Source: Octopus bimaculoides (taxonomy: Eukaryota). From it: DNA of 39,078 nt. Under the pieces are notes generated by a model. The model was given only the letters and a program-made list of their open reading frames with translations, was not told the origin of the DNA and did no database searches. Within the stretch, counting starts at the first letter, position 1; the number at the start of each line of letters is the position of its first letter. The position numbers and the translations under genes were made by a program. Shown one piece after another: positions 1 to 12,894 of the stretch. The stretch lies in assembly GCF_001194135.2 (NCBI RefSeq), contig NC_068991.1:64435227-64474304 (forward strand), given 5' to 3'.

Positions 1-537
1 GGTGGTGGTGGTGGTGGTGGTGGTGGTGATGGTGGTTGAAAATGAGAAACAAACGACGTAATGGAGGATCAGTGATAAAAGGGAAAGAGCAAGTAAGTGC
101 AGTAACAAGAGAAAAGCCTCAGGAGAAACAAAAAAAGCTAGAAAGAAGAAAGTTTATGTGAAAAGTTGATGTGACGACGAAGAAGGAGATTAAGAAGAAG
201 AAGAAGAATTGAAGAAAGAAAAAAGGTGAGAATGAAACTTCAAAAGTAGATAAGTAAAATATGAATGAATTAAAACGTAGTAAAATCATAGGAAAATAGT
301 GAATACAAACATGGCGATGAAAGGGAAAAAAGAATGAAAAATGGAAAAGAAGGCAAAGGTGAAAGGATGCTTTGCAAGAAGAATCAATTAAGTAAGANNN
401 NNNNNNNNNNNNNNNNNNNNNNNNNNNNNNNNNNNNNNNNNNNNNNNNNNNNNNNNNNNNNNNNNNNNNNNNNNNNNNNNNNNNNNNNNNNNNNNNNNNN
501 NNNNNNNNNNNNNNNNNNNNNNNNNNNNNNNNNNNNN

Positions 538-571
<34 letters not shown>

Positions 572-1399
572 GTGTGTGTGTGTATGCAAATATATGTAGT
601 TACGCGCACACATACACTTTCACACACACACGCACGCACGCGCACACACATACACACACACAAAGTAGTTCCGTTAGTCTTTGTGTGTGTGTGTGTGTGT
701 GTGTGTATGAAGAGAGAGACTGAGATCATTTAACCAATGCCACGCTTCAATGCGTCGTTAGTATTCGTGACTTCCATTTTGTTTTAGCTCTAAATATAAA
801 GTAACATTTACAGTTCTCTCCCCTGCGCCACCACTAAACACCTCTACCGCCACCATCAACACGAAGCAGTATTCTACATGGATAATATTATCATGAATGT
901 ATATATATGTAATTGTTCAAGTACAGAAAAATATAGATTGTGCTGACTTTAGTATGGAGGTGTATAAAAAGGCAGTAAAAATGTTATGCTGTTCGTTATT
1001 TAGTCATCATTTTCACTAATAAAAAAAGCCAACCTGTACTTAGTCGTTCATCTAGTTAGATATTGCAACGAAATCTCTCTCAAATCATATTCTGTTGTCT
1101 TGAGGATTGCAGTGATGTTTGTAAAAATGTCGAATCGTCATGATTGACCTCTGATCATTAGTTTGCTTTGATCTCAGAGTTGATATATGGTTAAGTAACA
1201 ATAATAACGCTAGATTTTGTTTCTGACCTTCATGATAGAAACAATACTGGATTTAGATACAAACTAGTGCTTCGAAGCTCCCAATTCACAGGAACCTCAA
1301 AATAATTGAAAGTCATACGCAGTTTATCATATTGTCATACTTTAGGAACCCGCATCCGAAATTTATATATATCTTAGAGCCGCATCAAGTATAAACCCG

Positions 1400-1550
1400 C
1401 TACTGTTGCCAAGCCTGCATTAAAAAGCTACATGAGGCATTGTAGCTATAGACATGTGTTTATCAAAAATAAAATACTGGATGATTTTGACTGGGACGTC
1501 CTTGATCATAGCTCTCCTTGATTAGGAATAGCATGAAGCTAATCAACAAC
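1400..1550 (+). mobile_element. Family E interspersed repeat, degraded 3' part with (AAC)n tail
   Basis: ctgggacgtccttgatcatagctctccttgattagg...gctaatcaacaac aligns loosely with the other family E copies (2678, 18985, 19452, 25768). 5' boundary approximate. Confidence 0.4.
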
Positions 1551-2466
1551 ATAATTCTCATTAATAATGATAGTGATTAATATTTATGTTAGTCTCATAA
1601 ACGCATAAACGAATATGAAGTATTTGAATTTACGCATGTCGTATTCAAGCCAACAACAAACTCCACGTTTTAATTTAAATGTAGTTCGGTCTTGTAGAGT
1701 CAAATCAGAAGCGTTTGCTACTGGTATACAGAAAAGTCAAGTCCTTGCGAGTGCTAGAAGGAATGTCAGATATCGACCGTTTTATCTATTCAAACCGTGT
1801 CTTGCCGCAGATGATATAAAAACGAAGCTTTAGTGATGCTGGTAAACACGAATAAAAGTATCAGATTTAAGGCAGAGAATTTTGAAGTATCATAATAAAT
1901 GTCTTCAGTTTAGTTATCAAATTGGCATTCTTATGTAAGATTTTGAGAAATATATCGCTTGTTAAATTTACTTTCTAACTATGTAATTATATTTCAGAGT
2001 GGTATTTGTCTAGCAAGTAACTTGATCTGAGTTCGTGTGTTAAACTGAAGCAATTCCCGGATGGAAGAACTACTGTCGACATCTGATAAAACAAAAATCT
2101 GCTAACTTTGAATTTATTTCCTGAGTTGTCAAGATTTTAGTCCCACACCTACGTAGTGGTCACTGCCGCACTTCCTTGTCCGAATTTTTTGCAGCAGAGT
2201 GGACTATGCAAAAGGAACTAAGGTGCCAGGTAGTATTCTTATACCGGGTCACACCGGGGGATAAATATATGTGTGGGTGTGTGTTAGTGTGCATCTCTGT
2301 GTGTGGATAGAGAGAGAAACATACACAGAGAGTAGATATAGCATTTCCTATATACAGGGCATGTAATGCATAGGGGCCAAGAAGCGATTCACGATGTATT
2401 TGTTTGATATGCAAGAAATACCAACCAAAATACCTTACCAATTCAATTACTACCCTGATAACAATA

Positions 2467-2467
<1 letters not shown>

Positions 2468-2528
<61 letters not shown>

Positions 2529-2577
2529 NNNNNNNNNNNNNNNNNNNNNNNNNNNNNNNNNNNNNNNNNNNNNNNNN

Positions 2578-2630
<53 letters not shown>
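2468..2630. repeat. (TG)n microsatellite spanning a gap
   Basis: Pure TG dinucleotide run on both sides of gap 2529-2577. Confidence 0.95.
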
Positions 2631-2632
<2 letters not shown>

Positions 2633-2677
2633 TAATACCATTTTCAGTGTTTCATTGACAAACAATAAATAAACAGA

Positions 2678-2750
2678 ATGGTCACAGCTGAAGTATTCCT
2701 CGAGGTCACCTCGATCCAGATAGATCTGAGTCTAAACAGCAATACTAACA
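2678..2750 (+). mobile_element. Family E 3' fragment
   Basis: atggtcacagctg...ctaaacagcaatactaac; the reverse complement matches cagct(g/a)t(g/a)accat at about 19055-19070 and tctgtgaccat at about 19505-19515. Confidence 0.5.
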
Positions 2751-2847
2751 CCATGTAATTATACTACATTCGGATAAGAACTTACATGTAGGTGCCATGT
2801 CGAAGCTTGCACTCTTCATTTTTTTAAAAGAAATATCAAAACGAATG

Positions 2848-2975
2848 GGGGAGGAGGTAGGTAGACACGTTCGGGCGTTGAACAAAATGCATGTTCGATT
2901 TAGTTACGGTCTCTTAAATTGTGAGTTCAAATTTGAAACTATTCGCTTTTATTTCTGCAACAGTCGATAAAATAA
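2848..2975 (+). mobile_element. Highly degraded SINE-A
   Basis: Retains gagttcaaatt (B box) and gtcgataaaata in the same order as intact SINE-A copies. Confidence 0.4.
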
Positions 2976-3380
2976 AGAAACATACAATGATTGGCCATGA
3001 TAGAAGACACATCTTTCGAAAACATAAGTAGCTAACGGTTCAAATTTGATGTGGAATCAGCTCTCAACACATTCAGTCCTCCCATTTTAAATAATTTGCA
3101 GGAGACGAGCCTGAATTTAATGGATTCTTTACAAGTAGGATGTGAATGTTGTACACTTTCATCTGGTGTGCAAACTTAATTTTAAAAATAGACACCAAAA
3201 CTGACACGGGCGATACTCAACGGACATAGAATATATTCACACACACAAGCATACTCACACACATCAAACATAGATACATAGATACATACATGTATGCATA
3301 TGCATACATATATATACGAACATATATATATATATATAGACATATATGTATGTATGTATGTATGTATGTATTGTGTGTAT

Positions 3381-3595
3381 CTTTCACTTGTTTCAGGCAT
3401 TGGACTGCGGTCATGCTGGAGCGTCGACTTGAAGGGTTTTGTCAAACAAATCGACCCCAGCACTTATTATTTAAAGCCTGGTACTTAATCTAGGGTCACT
3501 TTTTGCGAACCGCTAAGTTACGAGGATGTATAAGAAGCAAGCGGTAGGTGCGGGGAGACAAATACAAACGAACAAAGACACATACATAGGTATAT
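3381..3595 (-). mobile_element. SINE-BC, 3' (C) module only; ends in (TA)n and a gap
   Basis: cttgtttcaggcattggactgcggtcatgctggagc...aaatcgaccccag...gaaccgctaagttacg matches 19861-20000. Confidence 0.85.
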
Positions 3596-4439
3596 ATATA
3601 TATATATATATATATNNNNNNNNNNNNNNNNNNNNNNNNNNNNNNNNNNNNNNNNNNNNNNNNNNNNNNNNNNNNNNNNNNNNNNNNNNNNNNNNNNNNN
3701 NNNNNNNNNNNNNNNATACTATATGGTTTTAGTGATTTTAAACAATGGATTGCCGCAATATATAAGTCCCGTGGTCAATCAATACAACCTCGGTACTCAT
3801 AACGCTAAGATATTTATCTAATCGATATTTATCCAACTGCTAGGCCTCAGAATATAAAAGTACACAAATATCAACGTAAACTTAGATATAGACACATGTA
3901 CACACAAATACACACGCATTCACGTGCACACATGCGCACGTACTCTTCAATACACGCATATATATATATATATGTGTGTGTGTGCGTGTGTGTGCTCTCG
4001 CGCGCGCGCATTTCCGGATGTATGCGTATTTTATTGCTGACGTTCTTTACTTTCCAGGTAAGAATTTGTCAAAAGGGGATCCATCACCAATGGCGTTCCA
4101 TCTATGATCCCCCCGCCTCAGTTCCACATAATGTACATAGGCCTGCATTATCTTTTCTAATCCTCTGGTTTACTTTCCTTTTTCTTAAAATGCGCTCTGA
4201 GGTAGATTTGTCTACAATTTCCATATATTAACCTCTTTTGCCGATAAATCACAGGTATACATTTTGTAAGTTACTATAGAAAATTTAGAAAGAAATAGCA
4301 ACAGAGAAAAGCAAATAATCAAATGGAAAGTGAGAGTGAAAGAGAGGGAGAGAAAATATGTGTATTAGCGTGTATATGTGTGTGTAGTATTACAAATTTC
4401 TTTACTTCAGAATGATGCCTTGTGCCGGAGCAGAACAAA

Positions 4440-4834
4440 AGAAAAGGGCTCTAACAAAGACATATGCAACACAGAAACACACATATGCAATTAAACAACC
4501 ACACAGACAAACATGTACTTACAATTAAGCAAACACACACACACACCATACACAAACACTCTCACACACAAACACTACACGCACAAACGCATACACACAA
4601 TTAAAGAACCACACAGACAAAGATATACATACAATTAAGCAAACACACACACACACACATACTAACACACAAACACTTACAGACACAAACACTCACACAC
4701 GACATTCACACACACAAATGCATGCATACAATTACACAAACACATGCGTAATATCAAGCAAACACACACACAAGACACATATATACAGTTCCACACACAC
4801 AAACTCACACAGTAACACACACTCATACAAACAC

Positions 4835-4920
<86 letters not shown>

Positions 4921-5460
4921 GCACATGCATACATACAATTGCACAAACACATATACAGTTATGAACACACAAACACATTTATACAATTACACATACACAG
5001 AAATACATACATATAATTACACACACAATTACACACACACACTCACACAAATACTTATACACACACACTCACACAAATACTTATACACACACAAACACAT
5101 ACACACACTTACGCAAACAGACACACACAAACACATATACAGCTGCACACACACAATCACATTTATACTATTACATATACACACAAACACATATATACAA
5201 TTACACACACACACACAAACACATACATGCAATTATACAGACACACACAAACTCATATACAGCTGCACACACACAAACACATATATACAAATACACACAC
5301 ACACTCACACAATTACACACGCACACAAACACTTACATACAATTACAAAAACACACACATACACACAAACAGATACAATTACACAAGCACAAACACACAC
5401 ACAAACACATACAGCTAAACACACACTCACACACGTATATACACGTAAAGCTACACGTAC
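4440..5460. repeat. AC-rich low-complexity block with a pure (CA)n at about 4836-4918 and higher-order duplications
   Basis: 110-bp period (4489-4546 vs 4599-4656) and 120-bp period (5118-5156 vs 5238-5276); recurrent tacaattacac motif. Confidence 0.9.
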
Positions 5461-7999
5461 GTACACAGCTACTCGTGACTTGTTATGTTTGACAAGCAGT
5501 GTGAGTAGACTCGTTAAAGTGCTAAACGCAACGAAGTTGTGCCAAGCTTCCGCAAAGATTACTAAAACTGGTTAAAATAGATGATGAGAGAGTAAACGGG
5601 TATAAAAGTAGGTGGGAATGAGGTCTGATTGGGGTGGATATGGCACGGATGGCAAGGCTGGAATGCAACTTTGCATATTACCGTTGAAATATCGCTTTTC
5701 CCTTAATCTTCTTCCCGGTTGTCAATACACAAGCACATGCACAAGTCGCTCGCACACACACACAAGTCCATATATATATATATNNNNNNNNNNNNNNNNN
5801 NNNNNNNNNNNNNNNNNNNNNNNNNNNNNNNNNNNNNNNNNNNNNNNNNNNNNNNNNNNNNNNNNNNNNNNNNNNNNNNNNNNNNNNNNNNNNNNNNNNN
5901 NNNNNNNNNNNNNNNNNNNNNNNNNNNNNNNNNNNNNNNNNNNNNNNNNNNNNNNNNNNNNNNNNNNNNNNNNNNNNNNNNNNNNNNNNNNNNNNNNNNN
6001 NNNNNNNNNNNNNNNNNNNNNNNNNNNNNNNNNNNNNNNNNNNNNNNNNNNNNNNNNNNNNNNNNNNNNNNNNNNNNNNNNNNNNNNNNNNNNNNNNNNN
6101 NNNNNNNNNNNNNNNNNNNNNNNNNNNNNNNNNNNNNNNNNNNNNNNNNNNNNNNNNNNNNNNNNNNNNNNNNNNNNNNNNNNNNNNNNNNNNNNNNNNN
6201 NNNNNNNNNNNNNNNNNNNNNNNNNNNNNNNNNNNNNNNNNNNNNNNNNNNNNNNNNNNNNNNNNNNNNATATATATATATATATATATGTTATGATCTC
6301 TCTCTCTCTCTTTTTCTAATTCATTTGTGTGTGTGTGCGTGAGACAAAATTACTTTGCATGAACAAGCATGAACAATACTAAATGTAAGTAACTAAGTGT
6401 ATATAAAGTGATCTTACACTGCGTCGTTTGAAGCACAGTTTTAAGTCAATATACTACACGGCTGTTTACCTGAACCAAGTTATAAATATAAGTCTCGCAA
6501 GGCTGTCCACGTAGTAATCAGGTGTTCAGTTTTAGTTTCAATAAATGCAGGTATAATATCAAATACAAATGAGCTATCAAAGCTTCTCTATCCATTTATA
6601 TTTACTTATTTGTTTATTTATTTATTGTTGTATTTCGGCGTGGTCATTTTTTTTCTTTTGTTACGTTTATATATTTGTGTTGTAAGATTCCTGATCTTAT
6701 CCGAGTATTTATTTATTTATGTATTTATCTATAGTGAATGCGAAAAAGGGGAGGAATGTACCCATGAAATATAAGGAGGATGTGCATGATTTAATAAAGT
6801 GTATATTTAGAGTGAATATTAAATCCTTTACAATTGTATAAAAGTTGTACTACAGGGCATCGTTTCATAGTTATACAACTGGAAAGAATCAGTATGAATT
6901 CAATTAATGAATTGCAAAATAATTAGTCCTAAGCTAAGCTAATTACACACAGAGGCACAAACAGAATCTATATAAATAAATTGTGTGTGTATATATACAC
7001 AACTTTATATGAACTAATATACGGATACACACATACACACACACACACACATATNNNNNNNNNNNNNNNNNNNNNNNNNNNNNNNNNNNNNNNNNNNNNN
7101 NNNNNNNNNNNNNNNNNNNNNNNNNNNNNNNNNNNNNNNNNNNNNNNNNNNNNNNNNNNNNNNNNNNNNNNNNNNNNNNNNNNNNNNNNNNNNNNNNNNN
7201 NNNNNNNNNNNNNNNNNNNNNNNNNNNNNNNNNNNNNNNNNNNNNNNNNNNNNNNNNNNNNNNNNNNNNNNNNNNNNNNNNNNNNNNNNNNNNNNNNNNN
7301 NNNNNNNNNNNNNNNNNNNNNNNNNNNNNNNNNNNNNNNNNNNNNNNNNNNNNNNNNNNNNNNNNNNNNNNNNNNNNNNNNNNNNNNNNNNNNNNNNNNN
7401 NNNNNNNNNNNNNNNNNNNNNNNNNNNNNNNNNNNNNNNNNNNNNNNNNNNNNNNNNNNNNNNNNNNNNNNNNNNNNNNNNNNNNNNNNNNNNNNNNNNN
7501 NNNNNNNNNNNNNNNNNNNNNNNNNNNNNNNNNNNNNNNNNNNNNNNNNNNNNNNNNNNNNNNNNNNNNNNNNNNNNNNNNNNNNNNNNNNNNNNNNNNN
7601 NNNNNNNNNNNNNNNNNNNNNNNNNNNNNNNNNNNNNNNNNNNNNNNNNNNNNNNNNNNNNNNNNNNNNNNNNNNNNNNNNNNNNNNNNNNNNNNNNNNN
7701 NNNNNNNNNNNNNNNNNNNNNNNNNNNNNNNNNNNNNNNNNNNNNNNNNNNNNNNNNNNNNNNNNNNNNNNNNNNNNNNNNNNNNNNNNNNNNNNNNNNN
7801 NNNNNNNNNNNNNNNNNNNNNNNNNNNNNNNNNNNNNNNNNNNNNNNNNNNNNNNNNNNNNNNNNNNNNNNNNNNNNNNNNNNNNNNNNNNNNNNNNNNN
7901 NNNNNNNNNNNNNNNNNNNNNNNNNNNNNNNNNNNNNNNNNNNNNNNNNNNNNNNNNNNNNNNNNNNNNNNNNNNNNNNNNNNNNNNNNNNNNNNNNNN

Positions 8000-8037
<38 letters not shown>

Positions 8038-9403
8038 CCACGTGTAACCGTTACATTTAATAAATATACTCCTGTCAAGTCTCCGAACAGGCTACGTTCA
8101 AAAATCCATATAAGCATTTAGTACAAGTATATAAAATTGATCAGCGACAACAAAAAATTGTATGCAAAGGGCGTGTTCATACGTTCTACACAAATGCTTA
8201 CACGTTGAATTAACGACAATGAAAACAGGTAAGGTCTACTTAAAGCAGTCTTCCAGAACATTCCTTATAAAGAGGTGGTCGGGTGACAAAGAACAAAAAA
8301 TATATACAGTGACATTTTTGTAAATGGTGTTTCAGACACGGAAAGAACGTGTGATGTGCGTGTATGTATGTATGTATGTATGTATGTATGTATGTATGTA
8401 TATATTTGCAAGTGAAGCTACGTGCATACATACAGGTGTGTGCGCGTATACGCACACACATTATATATATATATATANNNNNNNNNNNNNNNNNNNNNNN
8501 NNNNNNNNNNNNNNNNNNNNNNNNNNNNNNNNNNNNNNNNNNNNNNNNNNNNNNNNNNNNNNNNNNNNNNNNNNNNNNNNNNNNNNNNNNNNNNNNNNNN
8601 NNNNNNNNNNNNNNNNNNNNNNNNNNNNNNNNNNNNNNNNNNNNNNNNNNNNNNNNNNNNNNNNNNNNNNNNNNNNNNNNNNNNNNNNNNNNNNNNNNNN
8701 NNNNNNNNNNNNNNNNNNNNNNNNNNNNNNNNNNNNNNNNNNNNNNNNNNNNNNNNNNNNNNNNNNNNNNNNNNNNNNNNNNNNNNNNNNNNNNNNNNNN
8801 NNNNNNNNNNNNNNNNNNNNNNNNNNNNNNNNNNNNNNNNNNNNNNNNNNNNNNNNNNNNNNNNNNNNNNNNNNNNNNNNNNNNNNNNNNNNNNNNNNNN
8901 NNNNNNNNNNNNNNNNNNNNNNNNNNNNNNNNNNNNNNNNNNNNNNNNNNNNNNNNNNNNNNNNNNNNNNNNNNNNNNNNNNNNNNNNNNNNNNNNNNNN
9001 NNNNNNNNNNNNNNNNNNNNNNNNNNNNNNNNNNNNNNNNNNNNNNNNNNNNNNNNNNNNNNNNNNNNNNNNNNNNNNNNNNNNNNNNNNNNNNNNNNNN
9101 NNNNNNNNNNNNNNNNNNNNNNNNNNNNNNNNNNNNNNNNNNNNNNNNNNNNNNNNNNNNNNNNNNNNNNNNNNNNNNNNNNNNNNNNNNNNNNNNNNNN
9201 NNNNNNNNNNNNNNNNNNNNNNNNNNNNNNNNNNNNNNNNNNNNNNNNNNNNNNNNNNNNNNNNNNNNNNNNNNNNNNNNNNNNNNNNNNNNNNNNNNNN
9301 NNNNNNNNNNNNNNNNNNNNNNNNNNNNNNNNNNNNNNNNNNNNNNNNNNNNNNNNNNNNNNNNNNNNNNNNNNNNNNNNNNNNNNNNNNNNNNNNNNNN
9401 NNN

Positions 9404-9485
<82 letters not shown>

Positions 9486-9640
9486 TGTGTGTGTGTGTAT
9501 ACATATATATAAATATATATACACGCATATATATACATATATATAGATATGTATGTATACGTACATATATATGTATATATATATTTACGTACACATATAT
9601 ATATACATGCATATATATATATATATATATATACATACAT

Positions 9641-9760
9641 ATATATACACATACAAACATATATATACACATACAAACATATATATACACATACAAACAT
9701 ATATATACACATACAAACATATTTATACACAGACAAACATATTTATACACATACATATTC
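9641..9760. repeat. 20-bp minisatellite (atatatacacatacaaacat) x6
   Basis: Four perfect units 9641-9720 followed by two variant units starting atttatacac. Confidence 0.9.
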
Positions 9761-9983
9761 ACACTCCTCACACATAAATATATATACGTGCATAGTAAGG
9801 TAAACTTGTGTATGTACATACGCACACACACATATATACAAACACACACACGTGTGTGTGTGTGTGAGCTTCTTAGTGCTACTTTCACTTGTGAATAAAT
9901 TTTTTCTATTCGGCGAAACTCATCAGAATTTATGCAAGAATTAAGTACGGCATGCTCCCTACCTCCCTCTCTATCTCTCTCTA

Positions 9984-10014
<31 letters not shown>

Positions 10015-10170
10015 AAGTGGACATATTTTCAAATTCTTTTCCTAGTTACCGCGCGTTCCAGCCGTTCGATATATTTATTTATAAACCACTGCTTAAGTAT
10101 TGGTTCTATTTAACTGATTCTTCGTAGTCTCCGATATATTTTGTATGTTTAGGCAATGTCTGCCCTGTTG

Positions 10171-10273
10171 TTCCACCGAAGTCGACTTTGCCTTTTATCC
10201 ATTCGGGGTCGATCTAATTGGCTGACCTCCTCCCTCCAAATTTCGGGCCCTATGTCTAGAGTAGGAAAGAATA
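10171..10273 (+). mobile_element. SINE-A, 5'-truncated with internal deletion
   Basis: ttccaccgaagtcgactttgccttttatccattcggggtcgat core followed by the ccaaatttcgggccctatgtctagagtaggaaaga tail. Confidence 0.8.
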
Positions 10274-10575
10274 TCTACAGTGCTATACTTTTTACAATAT
10301 ATATACAAGGGTTTGTCTGAACGTGTGCATATTTAGAGAGAGACGTTGTGATATATAAAGATAACATTTATGGGAGATAGACGAATAAGGCTCGCACATA
10401 TGAAGCAGTACATGTTTCGAATCCCTTTGAAGGAAGTTAATTAAAAAAAAATTTTCTGTTGCTTATTTCTTCGTTTTCTCTTTTCATTCTCAGTTACTTA
10501 TGAATTAAAAAAAAAACAACATTGTTTCAAACTGCACTGTAACGCATGTTTCTGCGTGCTTCTATCATTCTGTGC

Positions 10576-10606
<31 letters not shown>

Positions 10607-10727
10607 CGTGCGTGTGCGCATGTACGTACGTATAGAGAGCGACAGAGATAGCGACTGTCAGTCTAACAATGTGAATGTATCTTGGACATTTATTTCTATT
10701 TGATTCAGTCTCTTGTTTCTGATTTGA

Positions 10728-10801
<74 letters not shown>

Positions 10802-11576
10802 ATGTGTGTGTGGGAAGTTAGCTTGATAGTCATAGATATACATTGAGAAAGCTTCTCTTTCAAACTTATATTAAAAACACGACTGTGTTTGAGTTAGATA
10901 TTTTTATTCGTGGTTTTTATAAAATATTTTCCTTTTAGTTGATTCTTTTAGTCGTATATGTTATGCTTGTAACAAAAATAATATTCGTACTTCCATTAAT
11001 CTTGTCAGTCCTTCTCGGTCATATCCTTTGAATTAAGTAGTGACAGTGGCGATTAAACACGAACCTAGTCATGTGTTAAATATACCACACACGCGCATGT
11101 GTGTGTGTATCTATTTATGATTATTATTATCATTATTATTATTATTAATATTGTCAATTACCAAAATGTTAGAGAGTGACTCAAGTTCTGAGAGCATACC
11201 AATTATCAATAATTAATAAATAAATAAATAAATAAATATATATATATATATATACTCATCATTTGGGATCTATTTTTCCTATCTGCATCACCAAATGCAT
11301 TCACACACACACACACACAGGCATGGCGATGCAAACGGAAAAAAACAGAACTCGAAACATGAGTGAATATATTTTTATTAATATTTAGGATAAGTTTGAT
11401 AAGCACCAAGGTACGAAACTTTTGGCCCTAGAGTTACTCTCTTGCTTCTGCTAAATACTTATATANNNNNNNNNNNNNNNNNNNNNNNNNNNNNNNNNNN
11501 NNNNNNNNNNNNNNNNNNNNNNNNNNNNNNNNNNNNNNNNNNNNNNNNNNNNNNNNNNNNNNNNNNNNNNNNNNNN

Positions 11577-11652
<76 letters not shown>

Positions 11653-12068
11653 TAGTGTGAAAGAGAGAGAGAGTGAGTGAGAGTCGAGGGCGAGAGATAA
11701 AAGCAAAGAGAGAGAAGCATATGATTTCTAAACCCTGTCAAGCTGATGCTGTTATAAATATTACTGACATTACATTGTCCTGAATTAAAGAAGAAAATTG
11801 ACGAGACGGAGTATAAGGAGAGATGGATGAATTGAAAGGGGGAGTGTATGAGTGAGTAAGAGAGAAAACGAGAGAAAAACAGAGAGAAAGTGAGAGAGAG
11901 AGAGAGAGAGAGAAAGACAAGGAATGAGAATGAGAGGAGTTGAGTGAATGTGATGATGGTGGTGGTGGGTGGGGGACACACAGTCATTAATAATGCATCG
12001 GGAATTATAGAGTTACCGTGTGTTTGCTGAAATAGTATTTTGTTAATACCTATCGTGTCTTTGTACCA

Positions 12069-12117
<49 letters not shown>

Positions 12118-12211
12118 TACTCAGTGTTTGTACAAATGAATGTTCAGTCTGCATCAAGTTGCCCCTAGGAATGGAAACCCCTGGCGCCCTTTATTTTGCT
12201 CTTCCTACATA

Positions 12212-12431
12212 CAGTAATCCCTCGATTATCGCGGATGTTACGTTCCAAAACCCACCACGATAGGTGTAAATCAGTGAAGTAGAAACAGTACTGCACTGTA
12301 TAACTTTTTTTTTATTAATTTTATAATTTGTGTATATTTATTTTATTATAAATGCAAAACAACACAATGGAGAAATCACTTAAATAATAAAGTGCGATTG
12401 GTGAACTGCGAAATGGCGAGGGATTAATCTG
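12212..12431. mobile_element. Non-autonomous Tc1/mariner (pogo/Tigger-like) MITE, about 220 bp
   Basis: Left end CAGTAATCCCTCG, right end CGAGGGATTA(AT)CTG (inverted repeat with a 2-nt insertion); TA on both flanks (12210-12211, 12432-12433); AT-rich non-coding interior. Confidence 0.75.
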
Positions 12432-12732
12432 TAACATTGTATATCGTTGTTCAGATATGTTAAAGGAGAAGAGGGAGTAAGTGGTGGAGGTTTAAACGAA
12501 AAAAACTGCAAGTTATTACATCGATACATTTTTCCAATAATAGTGATGATGATGAACTCGTATTATGACTTCTGATCTGAATTTTGGGTAAAGGGAGCAA
12601 TTTAATATAACGGGTGGGAGCTAAACTCAGAACCAAAAAGTGTTCTAATTTAATACCGCAATGCATTATATATGACTCTCCAACAATTCTCCATACACTG
12701 CCCCATTTTTTCCAATAATCATAATAATAATC

Positions 12733-12880
12733 ATTCTTTCTATATTCAGCACAAGGCCAATAGTTTTGACTGATACTTTATTTTATCGACCCTTATGTAC
12801 GGAAAGGCAATGTTTACTTCAACAGGATTTGAACTCGGAACGAGAAAGTCTTGTAATTAATTACTGCAAGACCGTTTTCC
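12733..12880 (-). mobile_element. Degraded SINE-A
   Basis: gcacaaggcc tail, ttttatcgaccc, ggaaaggcaa, ggatttgaactcggaacg in the expected order. Confidence 0.7.
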
Positions 12881-12894
12881 CAAAAAAAATAATA

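Noticed and set aside
3291-3308. 18-bp perfect palindrome tgtatgcatatgcataca
   Set aside because: Expected by chance in alternating purine-pyrimidine low-complexity DNA.
5601-5632. TATAAAAG and reverse CCAAT (ctgattgg)
   Set aside because: Wrong relative order for a plus-strand promoter, no downstream exon, and expected by chance.
119-11706. Long ORFs in the track (e.g. 4718-5575, 8324-9898, 8461-10032)
   Set aside because: They are N-runs or translations of dinucleotide repeats ([12 protein letters not shown]) with no coding signal.
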